A DNA stretch of 53,333 nt from Salpingoeca rosetta (GCA_033442325.1 JAWQFM010000026.1:794333-847665); one strand, 5' to 3'. Counted from the stretch's first letter, positions 1 to 17,474 are shown. Numbers and translations: made by a program. The notes: generated from the sequence alone by a model not told the origin.

Positions 1-29
1 CCTCCCCGCTTCCCCCATGTCACCACCAG

Positions 30-1241
30 GGCGAAAGCGAAGAAGGAGGAGGCTGAGAGGCGCGAGCGACAGCGCCGCGCACAAGAGGAGCGTGAAGCCA
101 AGCTCAGGGCACAGGTGCGTGTGTGTGTGTGTGCGTGTATGCGTGCGTGTATGCGTGTGTGTTTGGAGGACTGCGACGCTTCACCGACTGCTTCTATCTT
201 CATTTTACTTCCTCACTTGCTCACTTGCACGTCTTGCTTCATAACACAAACACACACACGCACACGTACATGTACACACCCATATCCTTGCACCACGCAG
301 GAGCGGTTGAGGCTGCAGAAGCAACAAGAGATTGAGCGAGAGCGCCAACAACAGGAAGAGTTGAGAAAGAAGGTGGGCTGAAAACATGTGTATGTCCGTG
401 TTTTGTTTTGCATCTGCTTGTGTCTGTTATCGGCTGCCAATCCCATGTTCGTGTGTGCGTTCGTGTGTGTGTGTGTGTGTGTGTGTGCCAACAGCACGCC
501 CTGCATCGCACCAAATGCTGCCACCTACAGACCTACTCACGACATCACGCATCACTGCACCCTCGCACACTGCTGCACCGACAGCTGGAGCGAGAGGCAC
601 GGGAGGAGCAGCTGCGACAGCAGAGGGAGGCCGAAGCAAAGGCCAAAGCGGAGGTACATATGTGATGCGGTGTGCACGCTGTGGTGTAGTGCACCCGTGC
701 TATGATGTAGTGGTGTGTTGGTGTGTTCTGTTGGTGACATGTGTGTCGCCGTGAGGAACTGTTGAGGCATCGCAGAATGCTACAAGAGCTCATTCAATCA
801 AACATGCACACCCACACACAACCACGTATCCATGTCAGGCTGAGCTTGAGCGCAAGCGGCAGGTGGCGCGGCAGCGACAGGAAGAACTGCGGCGGAAGAA
901 AGAGGAAGAAGAGAGGAAGCAGCAAGAGGAGCTGGAGAGGAAGCGGAAGAGGCAGGCAGAGGCGCTTGAGAGAAAGGCAGAGCGCGAACGCCAACGCAAG
1001 GTGCGTGTGTGTGTGTAACATGCTGCGTGAACGAGTTGTGGCGTCAGGGCATGTATTGGAAAAGGATCTTCTGATCTTAAAACACGCATGTCGTCTGTGG
1101 GCCACTTCGCACATTGGACACACACACACACACACACTTCATTCACACACACATCCACATGCCCGCAACTTGTGTGGGCAGGTGTTGGAGGCAAAGCAGG
1201 CGCTGCAACGCAAGATTCGCTGGCTGCACAAGTTTGGCTGA
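30..1241 (+). CDS. 3' part of an E/R/K/Q-rich coiled-coil or single-alpha-helix protein (5' end outside window)
   Basis: GT-AG exons 30-114, 301-372, 585-653, 839-1000, 1182-1241 join in frame: AKAKKEEAERRERQRRAQEEREAKLRAQ-ERLRLQKQQEIERERQQQEELRKK-LEREAREEQ...-VLEAKQALQRKIRWLHKFG*. Confidence 0.8.
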
Positions 1242-1610
1242 TGGGTGGCAGCGGTGTTTGATGGCTATGTGGAATGAATGGCGGCTGTAGTGAAACACGC
1301 ACACACACACACACATATGTGTGTGCGTGGGCGTATTCAATGGTGACATGGTATGAGATTGCTTGGCCGTATGCACGGAAGGACAGGATGGGGGACACGG
1401 TTGAGAGGTTACGCTGTTTGTATGTATGCGCGGACCAACTGACATGTTGCTTGTGCTCTGAATGAATGAAATAACGAAACGGGGCGTAGTTGTAACTGAA
1501 GCCATGTTGAGATGAAGAAGGGGAGTGGGATGGATGGAGAACACGAAATACACACGACACAGCCATCGCGAGTCAGACAGAGCGCAACGAAGGTGGCAGA
1601 ACCACCGAGT

Positions 1611-1647
<37 letters not shown>

Positions 1648-1664
1648 GCGCGCTGTGGCAGTGT

Positions 1665-3996
1665 TTACGCCCACGGCATCTCTGAGATGCGGAGTTCGGT
1701 TCCTCCAAATGGAACGAGGGTAACGTTCACGAGAGGTCCACAGGATGACGTATTCGAACAGGCCGGAGAGGCGGGTGGCGCTGCAGCGGAATTTTTCTCC
1801 AGCCCCCAGGTGGGGACAACGCGCGCCTGTGCGGTGATGGTGACAGCCCAGCTCGTGTGATTGAAGGGGGCGGTGCCCGGGTGATAGCCGCCGCCGTTGA
1901 AGTGGAAACTGGACGCCGGGTCCGCAGGATCGACCTGAAGGACACGAATCAAGCATGCGAGGAGGAGCAAGGGGACCGCGGGGAGTATGTGTCTTGGTTG
2001 TTGGTTGGCATTGGGAAGTGAAGATGGACGCACAAGTGCGGCGGCTGCAAATCACTCAACATGCTTGCAAAGACAGACAGACAGACCGACAGACCGACAG
2101 ACAGACAGACAGACAGACACAGACACAGATACACACACGCACACACACTCGCGCGTGTGTCACCTTCAGGGCGTATCGCCACTCCGTTGTTGGGAGCAGT
2201 TGCAAATCGCGGGACTGGAACGGGTGCACGCCAATGACGGTGTAGTTTGGAGTGATGGGCAGGGAAAACAGCAGCGCGCCACGATGCACGCTGATCGTCT
2301 CCTCAGAGAACCTGAACAGTGATGGTCATGAGAATGGTGTGTGAGGTGCGAGTTGATGGGGGCCCGAATGGCAAAGGCGAACAACAAAGGAGGTGCAGAT
2401 CGCTGTGTGTGTGTGTGTGTTTTCCTACCAGTGCTCCACACGGATCTTTGGGTTCAAGTTGATGGTGATCGTCGTTGTGCCGGCAGATACGTTAACCTAA
2501 ACGCGCCACCAACGTTGCAGGAGGCCACACATAAGCAAAATGTCAGAACAATGCCCACACGCACATATCAATGACAAAACCCCTGGTGCAGCACGAACAC
2601 GTACACATACACACAACACACACACATATGCATACACACACACATACAACGCAATACACCTTGTTCATCTGGCCTGCGGTTGCAGAAACACGCGCGCCAT
2701 CCACAGCCATGACAGCGTCATACGCCCACGAGGGAATGCGCACGTGTACAGGCATTGCACGGTGCGCTGTGACGTTGATGGTCACCGTGTCACCAAACGG
2801 ATAATCGGTGATAATGTCCATCTCTCCTCCGCCTGGAAGCGCTGCCTGGACATGAGACGCCGGGAAGACAGCGCAGTGCATACATGTTTGTTACGTTTGC
2901 AGGACGTGTGCATATTTGCAGAGATACGTATGAGTGCGTGCGAGGGTTCGCGTTATGCATGAAGCCAAGATCAAAACTTCAATTCCATCCCACCAACAAC
3001 CACCACCACCTGCACCACCCCCACCACCTGCTGGTCACACCTTGAGCGGGGCGTATGCGCCAATTGCGATACCGCCGTCCTGCGTGGTGAAGACGATCAT
3101 GTGCGCAAACTTGGACCACCCCTGGTTGAAGTTGGCTGTGCAGCAGCCGTAGTTTGGCGCCAACCCGTACGTCTCCGCATCGGGACCGTCGTGTGTCCAC
3201 ACGTGCACGTCATTCACAGCCGCGTTGATCTCGTTGAGCGCCTGCGATTGTTGGGAAGTGGACAGGGGGAGGAGAGAGTTGGGGGTGGGCGGATGGTGTT
3301 GAAAGAGCAGGATGAGGAGGCGCCGGTGTTGGCTAAAGAGGGTCTATGCAGTACCCATCGCAAACGCATTGACACAATCACACGCCGATGCGGGTTCGTT
3401 ACCTGCAGGTATTGGTGGTTCCACATGTCGCCACCCGCCGGTGACGCCCACGTGGCGGGGAGGGCGTTGTACGCAATGCGCTCAGCGCGATCGGCAAACA
3501 AAACATCACCTACACGAATGTGCGTGTGTATGTGCGCATGTGCGCATGTGCGTGTGTGCGCGTGCGTTGGAGTGAAGGGGACGTGCTGTACCTCAAGCCA
3601 CAGCAGACACAACCAAGTACACGAACAACTTCAGCAAACAAATGCAATCCACAAACACACACGAACACACGAACACACGAACACACGAACACACACACAC
3701 ACACTGCACATCACATCATACGCACCGTGCACGCTGAACATGGTATTGTAGGAGAACATGGATTCGACGACAGCACAAAGCTCAGTCCCACGCGAAGGGA
3801 ATTTCCGCTCCGCAGCCTCACACAGGAGCTCGTCCGCACAGAATACTCCTGCGATCGGGTGGAAGTGTATGCGTGAAGAAGTGTGCGTGTGTGAAGAAGT
3901 GTGTGTGTGTGTGCGTGTTTGCTTGATGCTTGTCAGCTCCAACCTGCAACAGGTGTGGTCATTTCATCACCAGCAAGCAGAAATAGGTTGCCGCCA

Positions 3997-4048
<52 letters not shown>

Positions 4049-5513
4049 GCACGCACGCACACACACCCGAAGCAAAGCCATAGTAGTCATCGATGTTGCG
4101 CATGCGTTCGCGCGAAGATTCATGCATCTTTTCATCGCCGCTCGCAACAAACCAGACGGCAGAGGACTTGAGCGCCTGCAGATGGACAAGTGAAGGAATG
4201 CATGTGGTTTGATATGTTCATGTGTTTATGTATGTACGTGCGTGCGGGTGCGCGTGAGAAGGGTGTGAAGCGGTTGTGTTTGCTGCAGCGTGAATGGTGC
4301 TGTGCGGTCTTGTGCACTTGTTGACAAGCAAGCAAGCAAGCGTGCCAGCATTGGTACTGAATTCAATCGTTGTCGCCAGACATGGCAGCAGTGGCGACAG
4401 CATCCACCTGGGCGTTGTTGACGCCGTGTGGGTTTGCGCCAGTTGTAAAGTTGGTGAACCACGTCTCCCAGTCCCACGTCTGATGACGACGTGTGTTGGA
4501 GGGGGGAGGGGAGTGAAAACGCGCGTGAGGCTCAGATAGATTGGGAGGGTGAAGCTTGCGTATGTGTGCGTGTGGGTAAGATACAAGTGCGCTTAAGCAA
4601 GCTAGCAATGACAGAGTGCATCTGTGAACACTGCCACGTCAAAGTATGTCAATGACAGCTGCTTACTTGCTTGCGAACGAGATCAAGGAACGAGAAGAGA
4701 AAGTCGTCTTGGCCCTGGACACGGGCGATGGCGCGAAGGAGGTGTGCAATCAGTGCACACACAGACACACACACACACAGACGCACGCACAGACACACAC
4801 ACACACACAGACACACACACACACAGGCTTTTTCTGTGCACAGCCCGCATAAGCATGCGGGTGTCATAAACACCACAACAGCATCGCCGTGCGCATCTCA
4901 CAATGCACCATCATCACTGACCTGTGGATGGTTCTTGATGAGCCACTCGACGGCCAGCGCCATATCCATCCCGCGCGCAGCCGACCAATCACTGAATGGC
5001 GTGGACTGCATCCGCCTGACAATGGCGGTCACAACGATGACGACGGTGAGAGCAATGATGATGGGGGTGGGGGGGGGGGGAGGGGTGGGTTTGCACGTTG
5101 TGTGCGTGTGTGTGTGCGTGTGTGTGCATGTGTGCATGTGTGTGTGTGTGCATGTGTGTGTGTGTGCATGTGTGTGCGCGTGTATGCGTGCATGCATATG
5201 TGTGTGTGCATGCATGTGTGTGCGTGTGTGCGTGTGCAAAGCGAGGCACTGGAGTTGACAAGACGTGGCAGAAAGCACAAAACCACACAGGGCGGAACGC
5301 ATCACAGCTCACTTTGACGCCTCTTTCATGAACGCGAGCATGGCGGTGCCGATGGTGGCGGCCTGTGAAGGATTCGCCTCTGCATACATCGCCAAAGACT
5401 GCAAACAACACACCGTCACACAGGTGCGCATGCATGAAGGAGACAAATGGCAGTGGTGTGTGACAAGGATGAGGCGTACAAGAATGCAGCTGTGGTGCTA
5501 CAGGTGCCAACGT

Positions 5514-5562
<49 letters not shown>

Positions 5563-6648
5563 ACACACGCACACGCACACGCACACGCACACACATACAC
5601 ACACACGCAGAGTTAAATTGGTGGCGTCCACGCACCAGCATGACGGGGAAGCGAGACCAGTACATGTTGCCCGACTTGTCGTCATCGGGACCAAGCCATC
5701 CGGAGGGCTGGTGAGCGAGCGAGCGAGTGAGTGAGTGAGTGAGTGAGTGAGTGAGTGAGTGAGTGAGTGAGTGAGTGTGTGAGTGTGTGAGTGAGTGTGT
5801 GAGTGTGTGAGTGAGTGTGTGAGTGTGTGTGCGTGTGTGTGTGAGTAAGTGTGTGCGTGTGAGTGAGTGAGTGAGTGAGTGAGTGAGTGAGTGAGTGAGA
5901 GAGTGAGTGAGTGAGTGAGAGACTGATGGACTGAGTACATCGCCGAAATGCAATCTCGCGAAACCAGTTGCCGAGACGAATGCAACACAAGCACCCTGTG
6001 TTCTTCTTACCTTCTGGTGCTGGAGAATGTAAGAGATGTACTTGTCCGCTTGTGCTGAAAAGGCGCCAGTCATTGTCACTCTCATCAGCATACGCTTGTT
6101 GCACAGCGACGCAAAAGCCATTGCAAACGCTCATTCACACGTGCACACATACATATACGCATGCACACGCATCCACTTACAAACACACGCATGCACACGC
6201 ATACGCACGTCCATTCGCTTCTTGTTACCTGTAATATTGACGGTGGCTGGTGGTTTTGGCGGGACTGTGCCTGAAGTGAAGCAAAGTGAAGATGAAGGCA
6301 AAGGCGAAATAGAACGTGAATCGTATACGCTCGCACGGCACACACACTCGCAAACACACAGACACACATACACACACGCAGACACAATGACACATTATCC
6401 TTGCATACCAAAGCAGCGGCAGGTGGCATTATTCTTGGCGGTGATGGCATACTTGAGCCAACAGTGCACCTTGTCCTTGTTGCAATCGTCAACAACAAAC
6501 GCAATACATGCAGTGGTGTTGACACACAAGTCGTGGCACGCCTGCGTATCTTTGACCTGAAAATGGAAAACATTCATTCAGCGATTTCAGGCCAGGATCA
6601 TGTTAACAGGCACAAGAGAGAGACGCACACCATCCCTCACACACACAG

Positions 6649-6692
<44 letters not shown>

Positions 6693-7621
6693 TCACACGA
6701 CTCACGTCGAGGTCGGTGAGGTCGCTGTACATCATGTCAACGCCCTCCTGGCACACGGGGTCACCACTGGAGCCGTCTTTGCGCGCCTGTGCGAGCTGAT
6801 CCTCATGTGCGTTCTTCATCAGCGCCGCCAGCGGCACCACGCCATTCAACCTGACACGATGCATGTGCATGTGCAGGGTGAACTCGCGCTGGAGCGTTCT
6901 GGTGTCTCGTCAAATGGCGTGTCCCTCCCCTCCTTGTGGTTTCCGCCTGCAGCAACCGTCACCTGCTACAATTGTCACTTGCAACAGCTGACTCACCAGT
7001 ATGGGGTGCGTTCGTGCAAGCCTGGGTCAGCGTTGCCGCCAATCCAAGAGCTGGACATGATGTCCGGCCAGAACAACGCAAGGTGGCCTGCAGTTGGGGC
7101 AACCGTACAGATGTGAGCAGGCTCTCAAAAAAATGGGGGGGGGGGCATCCGAGGGCTGTGCGTGGAAGCACATGTGCGGTGAGCTGCATACAGGTGTATG
7201 GGCGCGTCCTCTCTTCCTCCAGCTCTCTGGTGCTCTGCTGAGCCCACCTGACAGGCCTTCTGCTTGGATTTTCAGCTGGCGGAGGAACCAGCCTTTTGGC
7301 GTGATGCTGGTATAGCAAGGGCAGACACGGAAGAGTGAGAGTGCATGAAGAAACACAACCATGTAACCTTCATCATTGAGTGCTCTACACACACATAACA
7401 GTTCGCACACAAACACTGGTGAACACAGAAGTTCACACACACACACACACACACCTGCCGACTGGAAGGGGTTCATAGGCACGCGGCGTGAGGGATCGCC
7501 CTTTTCTCTGCGATGCAAACCTCTCATGTTGGTCCAGCGGCGCTGCATCCACATTGAACCCAACAACAACACCCACAGCAACAGCCACCACCAGCACCAC
7601 CACACGCAACAGTGGCATCAT
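1665..7621 (-). CDS. Secreted GH127/GH146-like (DUF1680, beta-L-arabinofuranosidase-type) glycoside hydrolase with an inserted PAN/apple domain; multi-exon
   Basis: Signal peptide [17 protein letters not shown]. Spliced motifs: [57 protein letters not shown]...[70 protein letters not shown]. Confidence 0.88.
5727..5918. repeat. Intronic (GAGT)n tetranucleotide repeat
   Basis: Directly visible; a second array lies at ~44743-44818. Confidence 0.9.
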
Positions 7622-8143
7622 CCTCGTTGTTTGCTTGCTTGTTGCTTGCTTGTTGCTTGTTTGTGTTTGTGCAGTTGTGAAAATTAGTGAATGATTTGCA
7701 TTTTATTTCGGATGTGCAAGGTCGTCCCGCAAGTGGCTGGTTTGGTGAGTTGGTTGCTCGTGCTTGCAGGCAGCAATACAAACCAAAGGCGTGTGTCACG
7801 CAAGCCAGCCAGCACCCACCATTATCAACACAACAACATTATTCCCGCGCGCGCGCCTTCTCCTCTTCTCCTGTTGTCGTCTTCTCCTTTTGTTGACTTT
7901 GGTGGTGGCTTTGCCAAGAGGCCCAAACCATTCCCAACATCCCTGGCTTCTGGACACGACCTGATACAGAAGCCCCGTGCTCCCCTTGCTGCTTCCGCGC
8001 TTCGCTGTGCTGTGCTTGTTTGTATTTGTTTTGTCTTGTTGTGCACACGGCAACAACGGCAACAAGACGACAACAACAAGGCCACACGAGCGAACCCCCT
8101 CTCGTCCTTGCTTCCTGAAGGTTTGTGTTGGTTTCCACCCAAG

Positions 8144-8645
8144 ATGGCCCAGAGACGCCAAGGACAACAACAACAACAACAGGAGCAGGCAGGGTTTGGG
8201 TCTGAAGCTCTTGAAGTCGATGTGACAAGCGACGCCGCCACCAATGCGCTGACGGCGGCCATTGCGCCACGCGATGCCGGCTCAGACGCCGCCGACCCTT
8301 CACATCTGCTCTCGCCCAACGACCTCGACTCCTACCTTGACACTTTTTTCCTCGCTCCCCTCAACGCAAGGCCCACCGAAGAATCCCAAAGCCATCGCCA
8401 GCAGCAACAGCAGCGCACACAGGGCGGAGATCAGACGCTGCAAGAGCAGCGTCGTGCTTTTCTTCAACAGCTTGATGGCGAGACGCTTCTTCATCAGGTT
8501 TTTGGGATTGACCAGGGCTTTGATCTCCAGCCATACGTGGGTTCTCAACAAGACCTCGGATACCCGCCACCTCTGAGCTTCTCAGCGCAGAACCATGAGC
8601 CTGTTCAGCAACAACAACAACAGCAACAACAACAACCACAACAGC

Positions 8646-8680
<35 letters not shown>

Positions 8681-8715
8681 CCACAACAGCAACAACAACA
8701 GCAACAACAACAACC

Positions 8716-8778
<63 letters not shown>

Positions 8779-8780
8779 GC

Positions 8781-8818
<38 letters not shown>

Positions 8819-8874
8819 CCACAACAGCAACAACCACAACAGCAACAGCAACAACAACAACAACAACAACAACT

Positions 8875-8947
<73 letters not shown>

Positions 8948-9412
8948 CTACAACAACTACAACAACTACAACAACAACAGCATCCACAACCTGTCGTTTC
9001 GCCTTCCTCTTCCCTCCCGCTGGCCGCGAGTGGCACCTTCCCACCGCGTGAGTTGCACGCATTTGTGAATGATGCCGCCTTGTCCCTTGAAGCACACAAT
9101 CGCAACAACGAGGGCCGCACCACCCTCGAGTGCTACTTCAAAGAGCGCATCCTCCTTCAAGGGGAGACGTTGCCCGCCATCCTCCCACAGCATCCAGCAT
9201 GGCTGAAGCTCTTCAAGACAGAGCGCAAGAGGCTCAAGGGCAGGGCCCGCCAAGCAAGGCACCGTCGCAAACACAGGCGCAATGAGCAGAGCTTGTCAAG
9301 TCAGATCGCCGCGCTGCAGGCCCGTGTACAAGAGTTGGAGCTCGAGAACCAGTCCCTGCGTCAAGTCATCGCCGCGCAGGCAGTGCAGAGTCGTCGTCAG
9401 TTTCACATTTGA
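8144..9412 (+). CDS. Intronless bZIP transcription factor with a long polyglutamine tract
   Basis: Open frame from aagATGg at 8144. Basic region ERKRLKGRARQARHRRKHRR is followed by heptad leucines LSSQIAALQARVQELELENQSL. Confidence 0.82.
8606..8980 (+). repeat. (CAA)n coding trinucleotide repeat, 125 codons of polyQ with a few P/L interruptions
   Basis: Directly visible CAA/CAG run in frame with the bZIP ORF. Confidence 0.97.
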
Positions 9413-10190
9413 CGACTTGACGAGCAGCATGAGCACAGGAGGAGTGCTGCCTTCTTTGTGAGTTTGTGTGTTGGTTTGTTTTTGGTTTGTGTTTGTCGCC
9501 CGGGTCTCAGCTTGTAAGTTGTTGATTGGCTTTGAAGCCTTGTAGTTTCAAGCGAGGCAACCGCCCAGACCGCTCCGTGTGCGTGTGTTTGTTTTTGCAG
9601 CCACCCGTTTACCATCTGCACTGGTTCTTCTCCTTCTTATCCGTTCTCCTTATTATGGAATAACGACTCGTTTTGCTTTTCGTTTTCATGCATGTAAGCC
9701 TGGTAAGCTGCATGCGTCAACAACCATAACCTGCAACCATTCCCCTCACCTTTCAGCCTTTCGCTTTGGTTCACCTGCGTGGTGGACGTGATTTTCACAT
9801 GCTCACATGTGCACGTGCTCTGCTGCTCTTGTCCTCTGTCGTCTGGTGTGACTTGTTGAAGTGTTGAAGTGATTACTCTTACTGGATGTCGTGCGTTTGT
9901 TGTCGCTTTTTCATGGTGTGCGTGTGTACGTGTGTGCGTGTGTACGTGTGTGCGTGTGTGCGTGTGTGCGTGTGTGCGTTCTTCTTACCTGAAGCCTACA
10001 CCTTTCGTCTGCTCTCGACTGTTGTCATTCTGTCATTTCATTCAACCACACAAGCCTGCAAGCATTACGGAACAATGGGTGAAGATGCGCCCAATTATCA
10101 GCAAACAGCCAACCCAAACAAACAAACGAACACTCACTGCTGCACACGATCTCACCGCTTCCACCACTGCTCGCAGCCATCAGCGCCGTC

Positions 10191-10764
10191 ATGTTGCTGC
10201 CGTCCTTGCGAGGCGTGTTGTTGCGCAGAGCAGCAGCAGCCTCGCCCATCACCTTCCTGACACAAAGACCCACGCACAGATTACACACACGAAGCTCAAC
10301 AGCAGCAGCAGCAGCAGCAGCAGTGCCATCAAATGAGGTTCCTGATTCACCAGGCACTGTGGTGGTGACTGGCGGCAGTCATGGCATCGGCCAAGCCGTG
10401 GTCCGCGCGTTTGCGCAGCGAGGGCACACCGTGTTCAACCTGGACATCACGCAGCCAGTCAGTGCTGACCTGTTGCTTGCTGCCTTGCTTGTGGCCATGC
10501 TCAGCTGCGTCAATCAATTGTAACACCATTTGACTTGCTCCTCTGGCTCGTCTGTTCTTCGAGTTGTCGTGGGATGTTAATGTTGTAGCGCTGTTGGCAC
10601 TCGTTGTGGCACACTCATTCCATTGACAACTGCAGGACCCAGACAGTGGTGGGGAGGATGCACCCCTTGATACAACCTTCTTTTCTGTGGACATGGCCGA
10701 TGAAGATGCCGTGCGCGTGGCCTTTGACATCATCCTTGCCAAGTGAGCGATACTCGCGTGTCTG

Positions 10765-10850
<86 letters not shown>

Positions 10851-11131
10851 TCGCGCGTGTGCTTGGGCGTGTGGACTTCGCAGGTTGCCTCTGCCAGTGC
10901 GTGTCGACAACAACTGATCTGTCGTGCTGGAATACCTGGCAATGGTTTGCCGCCTGTGCTGCGCACCACTGGCAGGTGTGGATCGATTGATGTGCTCGTC
11001 AACAACGTTGGGATCCAGCCGCCAGCAAGCTGCGTTCCTCTCCATGAGCTGCCGACACACTTGTGGCGCCAAGTGCTCTCCGTTAACCTTGACAGCATGT
11101 ACTTTGCTTCAAAAGCAGTGAGTCGTGCGTG

Positions 11132-11211
<80 letters not shown>

Positions 11212-11818
11212 ATGTCGTTGGCCTGTGTTGAATCCCCACTTGCAGTCTCCTCTCTCCAATTCTCATTCATGAGTCCTGAGAACCATTTCCTTCACACAAC
11301 CATACGCACACACGCACACACGCACACACGCAGGCGCTGCCAGCCATGCTGAAGCGGGACTTGAGCAGCTCTCCGTCATTCACGGGGTCGCGTGGTGTGA
11401 TTGTGAACATGGCCAGCGTGCAAGGGGTGTTGTCCCAGCCAGGTGTACCTGCGTACGCCGCCTCAAAGGGCGCCATGCTTTCTCTCACGCGACAGGTGAC
11501 TTGCACGCGTGGTTTTGGCTGCAGAGAGGTTCCTGCCCGCTTTTCGTTCTTGCTTGCTGGTCATTTCTGCCTGGACCCGTGTCACACATCGAGCCCACGG
11601 TTCTCACAACCTCGCTTCACCCACACGGCGACACATCCACAACGCAATGCGCTCAATCTGCGCATCCACCACCAAGATGGCGTTGGAGTATGGTCCGAAT
11701 GGCATTCGCGTGACGGCAGTCAACCCCGGCACGGTTCGTTGCGTTGATGCTGGTGTCGGTGGTGTGATTCCTGGGATGGTTGGATCACAAACGACATATG
11801 GTTGTGTGTGTGTGTGTT

Positions 11819-11877
<59 letters not shown>

Positions 11878-12713
11878 CTGTATATGTGTATGTGTGTGTG
11901 TGTGTGGTTGTACTTCATGTGCGTCATCTCTCGTTTCCTTTTCTCTCCGTATGCGTGTATTTGTCCAAACGTTCCGTGACGGCATTTTTTCTCACCCGGA
12001 CGACGTCACTGTTTTGTGTCGCGTGCAACGACAGACTGCCACACCTCTCGTGCAGGCGCTGATTGAAGGCGATGGCAAGACGCTGGAGGACGCAGGGAAG
12101 GTGTACCCGCTCGAGCAACGCGTTGCACAGCCCTCAGAGGTACATCCCAATGATTTGTGTGCGTGTACGTATGGTTTGTGTGCGTGAATGTATGATTTGT
12201 GTGCGTGTGTATGTATCTGCATGTGTGTGTGTGTGGTGTGTATACGTGCATGTGTGTGTGTATGCGTGGATTGTTGAGAACGTGGCTGCTGCTCCCTTGC
12301 TTGCTTCGTATCAGGCGGCACTCATACATCATGAGCACTGTATGTGCGTGTGCGTGTGCGTGTGCGTGTGCGTGTGCGTGTGCGTGTGTGTGTTTGTTGC
12401 AGGTGGGCGAAGTGGCCTATTTCTTGGCCACGCCTGCCGCGTCATTCATCTCGGGCAGCCACGTGGACGTGGACGGGGTGCGTGCGTTGAATGTATGGGT
12501 GTGATGTCTGTGGTGTGTGCGTGTGCTGTAATGTAAGTGCGAGCACGTTACTGCGCGTGTGTAGGTGTCAATACTGTTGTGTGCAGACCTGTTGTGTGTA
12601 GACTTTTGCGTGTGCAGACGTTTGTGCATGGCATCTCTAACTCAGCTCACTCGCGCTCCTCCATTGTTTCTGTTTCACAGGCCATCTGCGTCAAGGGCGG
12701 CTGGAATACATGA
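10191..12713 (+). CDS. Classical short-chain dehydrogenase/reductase (SDR), probably NAD-preferring, with a possible mitochondrial presequence; about 8 exons
   Basis: TGGSHGIG, NLD (acidic end of beta2), DVLVNNVG, NMASVQG, YAASK, IRVTAVNPG, FISGSHVDVDG-AICVKGGWNT*. N-terminus is Arg/Ser/Leu-rich with no acidic residues. Confidence 0.92.
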
Positions 12714-12881
12714 TGTGACACGACTGTTGAGTCGACTGTTGAGTCGACTTGGGTTGACTCGAGTAAACGAATCCACAGACAGAGAGAGACACACAGACAT
12801 AGACACAGACATAGACACAGACACACAGACAAACAGACACACAGACACACACAGACACACACAGACACACACAGACACACA

Positions 12882-12916
<35 letters not shown>

Positions 12917-13118
12917 ACGACCACACAGACACAAGACACACACAGACACAGACACATACACACACACTGAATTCAGTGTTCCATTCTGTTCCGTTGTGGG
13001 ATTGGATTGCTTTTGCAATCCCCGTCTCTCTCATCACCGGCCGTCACTTTCGCCAACAACAACACCCCCGCTTTCCTCCTTGCTCCATTCTCCCCTCCCT
13101 CTCCACCTATCTCCGTGT

Positions 13119-16853
<3,735 letters not shown>

Positions 16854-17433
16854 GCAACCGCAATGCACCAGCAACACACACACACATACACCCCAACAGA
16901 CACATAGTCTCACCATTCTGCTCCCTCCTCCACCCATTGCACCATTCCGTTGACGATGTGTCCTGTGTGCCTTGAATGTGTGTCCTTCATCCGACATTTC
17001 TGCCCTGTCTCATCAACGAATCCTTTGCTGTTGACACCTCATCAACGAATCCTTTGCTGTTGACCCGACTCAACTGTCGCCCCCCCCCCCCGTTGTTGAC
17101 TGAGATGATGATGACCCTTTTTGCCCCTCCCAAACCGTCCAACCACGCACGTCTCCACTCACTGCCAATACACCGTTCTGTGTGAAACAAATCGTTTTCT
17201 ACTTCTTGGGAAGTACTCACAAACAAGCACAAGCGTTGCATGCAACTCATGATCGCTAACACGCAGCTCTCAAGAAGTATGTAAAACCATGAAACAAACA
17301 AACAAAACAAAACAAACAAACACGCAAAGCACGAATCCCCAGCATGCAATCAATCTTTGTACGCCGCCCACGTCATGCATAGGCAGGCTGTCGGAAACCA
17401 CGCAAGCTTCATCACCGTTCAAACCAACAACAA

Positions 17434-17473
<40 letters not shown>

Positions 17474-17474
17474 A

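Noticed and set aside
7691-8143. Upstream extension of the bZIP ORF
   Set aside because: It starts at a non-ATG codon and overlaps the promoter zone shared with the GH127 gene. The ATG at 8144 is more plausible.
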